From positions 6,944,001 to 7,008,000 of the forward strand of contig NC_135256.1 of NCBI RefSeq assembly GCF_964204865.1: a stretch of DNA of 64,000 nucleotides. Direction: 5' to 3'. The notes beneath the pieces are model-generated. The model made no database searches. It was not told where the DNA came from and saw nothing but the letters and a program-made list of their open reading frames with translations. Below, in pieces: positions 55,301 to 64,000 of this stretch. The DNA is from Styela clava. Its lineage: Eukaryota. The first letter of the stretch is position 1. Every line of letters starts with the position of its first letter. A program made the position numbers and the translations under genes.

Positions 55301-58300
55301 TATAGATACAAACGTGAATTAAATATCTGTGACCCACTCTCTTCTGTTCCGCAATAAAATTATAATTTTTGACCCATTCATTGAAAAAGGTTCGCCATCC
55401 CTGCTCTATAATAATGTAATTAATTTGTTTCAAATACCCGTACCATGTTGAAAATTGTCATAATACTAATAAGAAATAGAAAGTGGTACGAAAATCCCGT
55501 GGCTCTTTCTACCGACAGGCATTTGATTATAAAAACATAGTTTCAGTCATTCGGATGCTTTTGATAATTTTCAAGAATCCCTTTACTGGCACATATAAAT
55601 CTTCCGTCTGCAATAAATCTTAGGAACACTGTATTCGTATTGAGTTAATTACTAGATATACTGAGTGACTGCCAAAAAATTTCCCTAAACTTTTCCAATC
55701 GGGAGTTAAATAATGAAGTCGGATACATTGAACATACGGCTCAACTACATTTTTCTTCCTTTTAGACGGAGATTATTTTTGCTACACAAAACATGAACCA
55801 GTCGGAGTGTGCGCTGCAATATTACCCGTGAGTCGTTTTTACAATTCACTAATCACTATTTTAAATATCGAATGGGCGCTTCTAAATAAGAATAAAATAT
55901 ACAAAAAAATGATTTATTAAATATATGAACACAAAAGTGAAATTACCAACTCAGTACAGCAGCCCATGCAGCAGAAATCAGTCCCCATAAGATTCAAGAC
56001 AAATTGAAAGGAAATAAAGAAATAAATGTGATAGTCTTATAGAGACATTTTTCTTTTGGGTACTGAGAAGCCGCTTGGTCCAGAAGATACAATAAAAAGC
56101 ATTGACAGTGATCTATGGTGCCGACAATTCAATAGAAGTACATTCAGACTCGTCGAAATAACTATTCTCGATAATCAGTCATTAAAAAGTAATGATGCTT
56201 TTTGCAAATCAAAATCATGTTAAACTTTTATACGTTTTGATTTCAGTGGAATTTCCCGATATCTCTTGCCACGTGGAAAATGGGACCTTGTCTGGCGATG
56301 GGAAATGTACTAGTGTTGAAGCCAGCTGAACAGAGTTCTCTAACAGCACTTTATTTGGCTTCTCTAGTCAAAGAAGCAGGATTTCCACCAGGAGTGTTTA
56401 ACGTCGTCACAGGCAAGAAATGTTATACTAACATTGTACACTAAATATTCTTTTAATATTTATTAAAAACCAAGATACACGGTATTGGCTTCCGTGAGAG
56501 TGATGAAATTTAGCATTCACATTTTCACAATCATTAATTAAACTAATTGATTTACATTTTTCAACAAGGCTTTGGGAAAACAACGGGAAGTGCGCTCGCC
56601 CACCACATGCACGTAGATAAAATTGCGTTTACTGGATCGGGAGCAACTGGGAGACTGATTCAGAAAGCTGCTGCAGATTCCAACTTGAAACGAGTTTCCT
56701 TAGAATTAGGCGGAAAGTCCCCGGCGATCGTGTTTGCAGATGTTGATGGTAATAACACATGTATATATATATGTATCTTTCTTTGTACTTTGGTGTCTAG
56801 TGTAGTTTCGAAGCACATGTACGTCTAGTTGACCTGGCTCAACAAATTTTGCGTAGGTTTCTCCTAACCCCCACCTGACTATGCCATCCAAAAATTACGT
56901 GACTACGACGTCACAGTCAGGTCATAGAGCTTGACAAAGTATTACGATCCTCCGAAATGGCATTCGGCCCGACGATAACGAGCTCACTAACGCCAGCTCT
57001 CTCTCTTATCGGGATCGTTGCGACGAGAAACGAGAAAAATGGCTTGCTTAATCTTGGGTAATCGTCTGCGCGTTTTGGACGTCCATTCGTATACTCTGGA
57101 GGGCCCTATTACGTCATTGTGATTTTCGGCTGGCGTTCGGCTGATTTTCAGGTGGGGGTTAGGAAATACATATGCAAAGATTGTTGTTTCAGGCGAACTA
57201 GAGGTACATGTGGTACGAAAAACAGTACTTTGTGTGCTAACAACTTAGAAGGAGAATTCAGTCTGCCCGTTAATTTCAACAATGTACACTACATACGTTT
57301 ACGCCAGTAGAAAAAGCTTTGCAATGAACCCCGCTGATGTAAAAAAATATATACGAACGCGTTGTTTCTCTCTCTATTACTATTGTACTTATATTTTCAA
57401 CCCATATTTAACTCAGTTCTATTCAAAAATATTTATGAAGTATAACGGTTCTATAACGATTCCAAAAGGACATTATATTTTTAGTGGATTATGCAGTCGA
57501 AACCTCACACGGAGCAATCTTCTGTCATAGTGGCCAAGTATGTAACGCAGGATCGAGAACATACGTTCATGCTGATATTTATGATGAATTTGTGCAAAAA
57601 AGTATTGAAAGAGCGAAGAAGCTGAAAATTGGAAGTCCACTCGATTATGGTACTGAACACGGACCTGTGGTAAGATACACAACTACGTAAGGGTACTCCC
57701 GTAGTGTGTGTAATAGGTTAGGTTTAGGCCATAATTTTATTCTAATTTTAGTTATATTACGAGTTCGGGGACTGTCTGTGTTAGCCAAGTGAATATACCC
57801 CCTGCCCATAGGTTTCAGTCCCTTTACACAAATTGATGTAAAGTAGGTTAACTTAGTAGCCAAAATTAGGTTGACTCCATATTGGTACACACACTGCTGG
57901 AGCGCTCTACGAAAGTACTTTCAAATTCATGTTCATGTGTTGTCCAATAGATAATAGAAAATGAATTTGTATACTGAATTATCATATGGGTATTAACGAG
58001 CATATACATACTAGTGATGAAAATGTATTCAGGCATGTAAATTTCATTAAACTTCATTTTAACATAGGTGAGTAAAGAACAAGAAGAGCGTGTACTCAAA
58101 TTTTTGAACAAAGGTATACAAGATGGATGTAAACTGGAATGTGGCGGGAAGAAATGGGACGGTAGTAATGGATATTTCATCGAACCGACGGTTCTTACGA
58201 ATGTAAAGGATGATATGCAGATTACACAGGAAGAGGTGACAAACGAACGGCAGTTGAAAATTTTTTTTTACCGTTATACAATTTGCAAACACAGAATTAC

Positions 58301-59864
58301 CAAAGATAAACGAGATTGAGGAGACATTTAGAGATAGTACCATATATAGAAAAAAAATTTTGATTCTATTATTGAAAACAGATAACCATGACGCATTAAA
58401 CATTCTTTCCGTACTTTTGAACTAGAAACTTTAAAAACATATTTTAGGGCAGACATGCTTCATTAGTTTACTAATTGCAGAAAGCTGTTTGCATCGAGCA
58501 CTTTTTTTTTGTCATTGACCTAATTTCAGGGATCATATTCTCAGATGCGAGATAACACGCATCGCACCACTCGCTTTACAAGACTAATATTTTAATATAT
58601 AACTTGATACAAACTATAATGATTCGAATTACTCTCCGAGACAAGATTCTTTATGGTTTCAGGTTTTCGGTCCAATTCAGCAAATCTACAAATTTAAAGA
58701 CGTTAGTGAAGTCATTCAACGAGCAAATAATACCAAGTATGGACTTGCTGCCGCAGTTATCACGAATGATATTAACAAAGTAATGGCGATAACCAATCAG
58801 ATTAAAGCTGGAATGATATGGTAAGACATTGTAGTTTATACATTGATAAAAGAGCTGATAATGTTAGTGGGACTTCATTTTTTATTCTGAAGTAGATGAG
58901 TGAAGACCCCACTAGAATATTTTGATCGATCAGATAACAAAGAACCCATGTATATCAAATGGTGTGTTAAGGCAGATATTTGAGTAATTAGAGTACTTAT
59001 GCAAAAAATAAATCTAGCATGTGCCATGTTGCATGTATTTCGACAATCACATCTGAAAACGACAGTAACCCTCGGCAAAGAATGGCCAAGTAAAATAGTT
59101 ACTTCTGCGCATAAAATGAAAATAATTTTATCCATTACTTTTGATAAATACTTCAAAAGTGGAAATTACGCTTGCATCACCAAAATACACAAAACGTTAC
59201 AATTAAGAAGTTAATGTCTCTGGTTGAAAGAGAACCATTTCATGTTTTTCCGGCTAAAGTGTTTTAATGCTGTATATTTATATAAACTTGTTTATCTGAT
59301 TCTCTACCGCTAACATATAAATCATAGCTATATATAAAGCTAAAACTAAAATAGGAACCACTAAAATACGGGGTAGAATTTGGTGAGCGTTGCATGAATC
59401 TGAGGTGGAAACAATCAAAACAACTTATATCAACTCGTTTAACACAAATCATCGTTCATGCCAGAAGTTTCCCAATTCTTCATTTTTAATTCGCTCGTCG
59501 CAGTCTGTGCTTATTGTAAATTATATCTGCATGTGTGCATTTTATCAAAATTATAAGATTAAACCGATGTAACAACACTCTCAACGATTACAATTCATGT
59601 ATGCTGACCTGAATGAATGAATAACAAAGTTATATATAAACTAACATTTGCTGCGCGGATACTAACAGAAAATACACAACAACATAACTTCAGGCAATCG
59701 TGAATATTTTATCTGAATAATGCAGGGTTAACTGTTACTGGAGTGCAAGTCCTGGAGCTCCGTTCGGCGGATATAAAGAGTCTGGATATGGGCGAGACAA
59801 GGGTGAAAACGCACTTGAACAATATACTGAAGTGAAGACCGTCATAACTAAAATTCCACAATGA
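52344..59864 (+). CDS. ALDH1A: Cytosolic ALDH1A-like aldehyde dehydrogenase, paralogue D, isoform with proximal last exon 11a (494 aa)
   Basis: Exons 52344-52394, 52741-52845, 53310-53450, 53710-53839, 55766-55827, 56247-56412 (GC donor), 56569-56748, 57485-57669, 58068-58235, 58663-58820, 59726-59864. [24 protein letters not shown]; last exon [45 protein letters not shown]; AATAAA at 59891-59896. Confidence 0.93.
53918..55403. mobile_element. 1.49-kb non-autonomous hAT element in ALDH-D intron 4
   Basis: TIRs cagggatggcgaa / ttcgccatccctg; perfect 8-bp TSD ctctataa (53910-53917, 55404-55411); no transposase ORF. Confidence 0.9.
54190..54788. mobile_element. Tc1/pogo-like non-autonomous element nested in the hAT element
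   Basis: TA|ggggaaagtgggg ... ccccactttcccc|TA. Confidence 0.8.
56808..57220. mobile_element. Foldback/MITE with long imperfect inverted arms in ALDH-D intron 7
   Basis: cacatgtacgtctagttgacctg / caggcgaactagaggtacatgtg and tcctaacccccacctga / tcaggtgggggttagga. Confidence 0.75.
57692..57907 (+). mobile_element. MITE family B in ALDH-D intron 8
   Basis: 8-bp flanks tacgtaag / tacgaaag; ggtactcc...ggagcgctc. Confidence 0.85.
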
Positions 59865-61064
59865 AGAGTGTAGCAAATTTCAGCTGTGTAAATAAATGAA
59901 GCATGAGAGAATGTCAATATGTTTTAAATAGTAACTGAATACCGTACTGTATGAGTGTCCCATTATAGTTATGGCCTGGGCTAAAGGAAGTGGGGCGGAA
60001 TTTACAATCATCTGATTCTATTCATGACCAGAAGCACTGGGGCAGCATTCACCGCCCGGTAAACGAAGATTAAGTTGGCAAGTGAAAGAGTGGCCTCCAA
60101 ATTTCTGTGTACACGCCACGTGCTGAAAAGCCATTTTAAGCCAAATTTATGCGAACTTTGATTCTAATTCTGACTATTCCCAACGGCCATAGTTTTCTAT
60201 AGGATTTCTCCATAATGTGCATCATAGGTAATAATATAATTCTTAGGAATTTAGTAGTGTGCATGGAATCAAAGAGTCGGATAGCAATATGTATTTTGAC
60301 ACTTTGAAATATAACCATGACAGAATCCAGTTTTTAGTAATGCATATTCTCATTACACTTTGAGATCAGAGATCGACCGAAGCCAAAATTCCCTGCACTT
60401 CAACAACGACTTTAGTTTTGCGAGGAAATTTGTACTACTTGTATACAAGTATACTTACGTCATTGTTGTCGGGCGATAATGCAAAAGTATCTTCTAGAAT
60501 CTAGAAGATTTCACTTTATTTCAGAAAGCAGGAGTTAATTAATTCACTGGAATTCGGACTCAAAAAAGCGTGACTTTTTTACGTTAATAAATGCAGAGAA
60601 AGCTCCTAATAAGATCCAGGAATCATTTTTTATAATATCCGACTATATACTTAGAAATGTTGTAAGATATATGCACAAGAAAGGTACCCATAGACCCAAT
60701 ACAAATGCGGAAATGCAAAGTTGCGTTACGGGGACCACATTTCCCATAACTTTCAATGTTTTTAAATGAACTGCTGAACAGTCTATTGTTTTCCGCAATA
60801 AGTGGTTTTATTGTGGACAAACGATGGCGACCATGTTATTTAATATCAAAGTTTTCATTTGAAAAAATATAAATATTGTGGCCAGTGCGACGTGCAAATG
60901 ATGATTGGCACCATTGTGTGGCGTAAAATTGCAAAGTTTAACCATCGTGTTGTACAGCGATGCACAGAAGTTCGCATACGCAGCTTAATACACAAGTTCA
61001 TATACAAATCAGTTATCCAACAATATGATCATTGTAACAGCCCGGATTCTTATATTTCCTACAG

Positions 61065-61206
61065 GGTCAACTGTTATGATGTGGGAGGGCCGGGAGCTCC
61101 ATTCGGTGGCTTCAAGGAATCTGGACTCGGGCGCGACAAAGGCGAAGAGACGTTGCATCAATACACTGAAGTAAAGACTGTAATTACAAAAATCCTACCG
61201 CGTTAG
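61065..61206 (+). CDS. ALDH1A: Duplicated alternative last coding exon (11b) of ALDH-D (would give a 495-aa isoform)
   Basis: Acceptor tcttatatttcctacag|G in the phase needed after exon 10 (TG|G, Trp). Reads [46 protein letters not shown]. No upstream ALDH exons found between 59864 and 61065. ATTAAA at 61537-61542. Confidence 0.85.
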
Positions 61207-61940
61207 TTTTGGCATTTAGTTATCTACTTGACGATACAACAATTATAATGAAGGATCGATCTAACCGGACCTTCTACACATGTTTAATGGGTTAGTTAGA
61301 CTGTATATTACTTAAAACATGCTACGCCACAAATCTAATTATTTGACTTTTGTAGCACAAATGAAAGTTAGACTCTTACATGCGCATCATGAGGGCGTGG
61401 TAATTCTATCTTTAATTTAAGCACAGTGCACTATTCACGCACACGTGTGTAGGCTTTATGGTGGCAGTATACTCTTACTGATCTGAAGAATATTACTTGT
61501 ATGTGAATGGCTTTGGATGCTCTCTCCTAGAATAGCATTAAATATAAATCTGATGAGCATGGTCAGATTACGAGTTGAATGTCAGATTTCAGCTCATTCG
61601 GTAACAGCTCCGAACATTAAGATCTGATGACGACCTCATCCCAGTAGTCACAAGAGCTTCAATATGAATGTGGACCTGTTTAGAATTAAAACACTGACTG
61701 CGAGTATTTTTAATCGTAAAAACCTCAAAAATGGAACAAACATTTTAATATTGAGGGTCTATCACATCTCACCATCAAAAGAAAACTAACATACACGCTG
61801 CCTTTTGAAGCGAGTCACTTACAAATAACTGAAGATTTATTCCAAAGCATCACCCATGTTACAAAATGTACACCAAAACAAATGTTTTCATTCGAGATGC
61901 AGCAGCTGCCAGAAAAAATTCTTGATTACTTTTTTGGCAC

Positions 61941-62510
61941 TCACTCTACTTTTACAATATTGCTCTGTACAGATATCTTATAATCTCCAGCACAAGATTG
62001 GTACAAATATTTGCAACTATCACTTGTAGCGGTGTTGGGTTGTGGGTCTTCGCATCCTGTCGTGCTTTCTTGGTTCACTGATTGCACGATTGGCGTGGTT
62101 TCGGTTGTGTCCGTCGAATCATATTCCGTTGTTGTCAAATCAATAATCTCCGTTTTGGTAGTTGTACGCGCTAAACACAATCTATTTCTCTTCCTTGCAT
62201 TTTTCAATCTCGATTCAATCCGTCTTTTTCCTGAGGAAACCACCTCCAAATCTCCCGTAGCTTTTACGCACTCGTTTATCATCCGTTCCAGCATTTCAGT
62301 GTTTTTATTTATCGCGTTTTTCAACGATTCCTTTTCTACGTCTGTTCGCATTTTCATACACTTCAGGAATGAGATTTCGTTTCTCGCAGCCTTTAATAGA
62401 AATTCCAAATGCCCACAACGTTCTGTCATACACATTAAATTTCGCTGTAACGCCTCACATCTTCCGATTGCATTGGCTAAACGCACTCTTGTAAAACGAA
62501 GCTCATTCAT
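61941..62510 (-). CDS. Hypothetical protein (or coding exon): coiled-coil N-terminal half, basic NLS-like patch, IIDLT motif, Thr/acidic tail
   Basis: Frame open from 62613 to the stop at 61941 in an AT-rich background; first ATG at 62510 (MNELRF...). The antisense frame is also open. The ORF end coincides with a GA|GTGAGT donor-like site at 61944. No family recognised. Confidence 0.5.
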   Translation of the reverse strand: MNELRFTRVRLANAIGRCEALQRNLMCMTERCGHLEFLLKAARNEISFLKCMKMRTDVEKESLKNAINKNTEMLERMINECVKATGDLEVVSSGKRRIESRLKNARKRNRLCLARTTTKTEIIDLTTTEYDSTDTTETTPIVQSVNQESTTGCEDPQPNTATSDSCKYLYQSCAGDYKISVQSNIVKVE

Positions 62511-63922
62511 CGCTTCCACTGACGACCTCCCTTTAACAGCAAAACCAAAACAACATTGCCGGCGATATCGACGAGGTCGCGTCCACCAAACAAAACAGAG
62601 ACGACGTTTTAATTACTAACACGATTATTACGTTTTGTCTGGAGTGGTAAACAAAAGTTGCAGACGAGAAATTACGTAATCGTTTACTACCTGAAAACTG
62701 TGATGTTGAGAGAGCGACCGGCTGACAATCGTGTACTGCTACCTCACAATATGTTCAAATTGTCTTTGGGTTAAGTGTTCAAGCATATATAAATGAATAT
62801 AATTTTTGTGGCAAATTATCCGAAAAGTTGCTCGAATTGTGCGAATCTAATATATATCGCATATGACGACTAAAACAAGATTTTTACCGACTGTCAGATC
62901 AGAATTGATTCCGATAAATAGAAATACTATCAACAAATTTCACACCAATGGATGTTTCTCGGTTGCTGAGTGCTATGCCAACGACGGAGACATATTGTAC
63001 ATTAGATACTCCTACTCCTATAACACAGATTTTTGATTGCGCCAAAGAGTTCTACAAATTTGCTCACAACTCACAGTTGACACAATCCCTTCAATGCGAT
63101 GTGATTGAAAATCGAAGTCACAAACTTATAAAACACTGTTGAATATCATTATTATGACGTAACACTATTATAGATACATTCAATAATTTTCAATTTTCAT
63201 TATTTATTTATTCAAGTTTGAAGCGCTTAGGAGAAAATTAAATTTTTAAAAGCTGAAACATGTAGCCTTATTCTCAAGAATATAAAACCGTGATGTTTGT
63301 GCGAATGATCCAGTTATCAATGTGCATAACTTGCATTGTGGTCATGGAAATATTGCATGCTGTTTTGGATAAAGGAATATATGCTCTGCTGATATTTCTC
63401 AATTTTTCATTGCAGTTTGTTCGGGAAATGGCAGGTTACTATCTACTAATCTATTTAATTTCAAAGCTAAGAAAATTTAATAATCCATCTGTATAGAACA
63501 CGTATGAAAAAGTTGAATTTCAATGTAAGTTGTTATTCCTATGACCCCGTGTTCTGCAATGCTTACAGGTCTCATAACCAGTGATGCGATTCAGGAGGTT
63601 CGCACGAGGTGCGCTATTCCGATCTTATAATGTCGTGTAAACAGCAAACTTGTTTTTGATTTTAGACGACCGAAGCAAATAAGGAGTTGCATAAATCGTA
63701 GCAGATAACTATTTATATGATTTATGTGAAGCGTTTTCTGCCGATGAAGCTTACGTAGTTACTAGTAACATACATACATTTCCTGAAATGACGGAACCTG
63801 TTGTTAGTGAGTTCGGTACAAAAGAGAGCCGATTCTAATGATTTTGAATCCCACCACTGCCCATAGCTAGCTTGTACCCCGGCAACAACGCAAACGATAC
63901 TAAGTAGCATGTAGATATTTTG

Positions 63923-64000
63923 GGTACTCCCGTAGTATGTGTACCAGGTTAGGGTTAGGCCATAATTTTATGCCGATTTTCCCTATCTTAGTTGTATTAC
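63923..64000 (+). mobile_element. MITE family B, truncated by the window end
   Basis: ggtactcccgtagtatgtgtaccaggttagggttaggccataatttta. Confidence 0.8.

Noticed and set aside
20509-59864. Assignment of the ALDH genes to mitochondrial ALDH2
   Set aside because: No targeting presequence, and the exon 4/5 sizes (130/62 nt) follow the ALDH1A pattern.
60136-60318. RKLWPLGI resembling a LINE reverse-transcriptase fragment
   Set aside because: Too short and degenerate to support without a profile search.
61065-61206. Interpretation as the remnant of a fifth ALDH gene or a pseudogene
   Set aside because: No other ALDH exons were found nearby, the frame and acceptor are intact, and the sequence (GRDKGE, KTVITKI) is specifically D-like. 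An alternative last exon is more parsimonious, though unproven.
61550-61660. CTGATGA motifs suggesting a hammerhead or snoRNA
   Set aside because: No correctly placed GAAA with stem II and no C/D terminal stem found.
62011-62619. 202-aa plus-strand ORF
   Set aside because: Antisense shadow of the minus-strand ORF; TTG start and Phe/Ser/Val-rich composition typical of a reverse-complement frame.
62948-63142. 64-aa ATG-initiated plus-strand ORF
   Set aside because: Short, with no recognisable motif or supporting splice structure.

Overview
AT-rich eukaryotic (metazoan) genomic DNA with spliceosomal introns. The compact introns, the AG acceptors just upstream of ATGs and the gene content suggest an invertebrate chordate such as an ascidian (inference, not shown by the sequence). 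Content: (1) the 3' 33 exons (<1-17002, +) of a maltase-glucoamylase/sucrase-isomaltase-like gene with at least two GH31 modules; a 'C-terminal-type' module is followed by a trefoil and an 'N-terminal-type' module. (2) A cluster of four intact 11-exon cytosolic ALDH1A-like genes, called here A (+ 20509-25839), B (- 31295-39166), C (- 42890-48922) and D (+ 52344-59864/61206). (3) An unassigned coiled-coil ORF on the minus strand near 62 kb. (4) Many non-autonomous DNA transposons (GG...CC MITEs with 8- or 9-bp TSDs, hAT, Tc1/pogo-like, Helentron-like), SINE-like fragments and a hammerhead-like motif in an inverted-repeat element. Most notable: ALDH-D has two tandem, intact, alternative last coding exons that differ in the substrate-entry loop, and the cluster shows exon-scale gene conversion (A and C exon 7 differ at 2 of 180 nt) alongside hypervariable substrate-pocket residues. 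All exon models were assembled by hand from reading frame, splice dinucleotides and phase.
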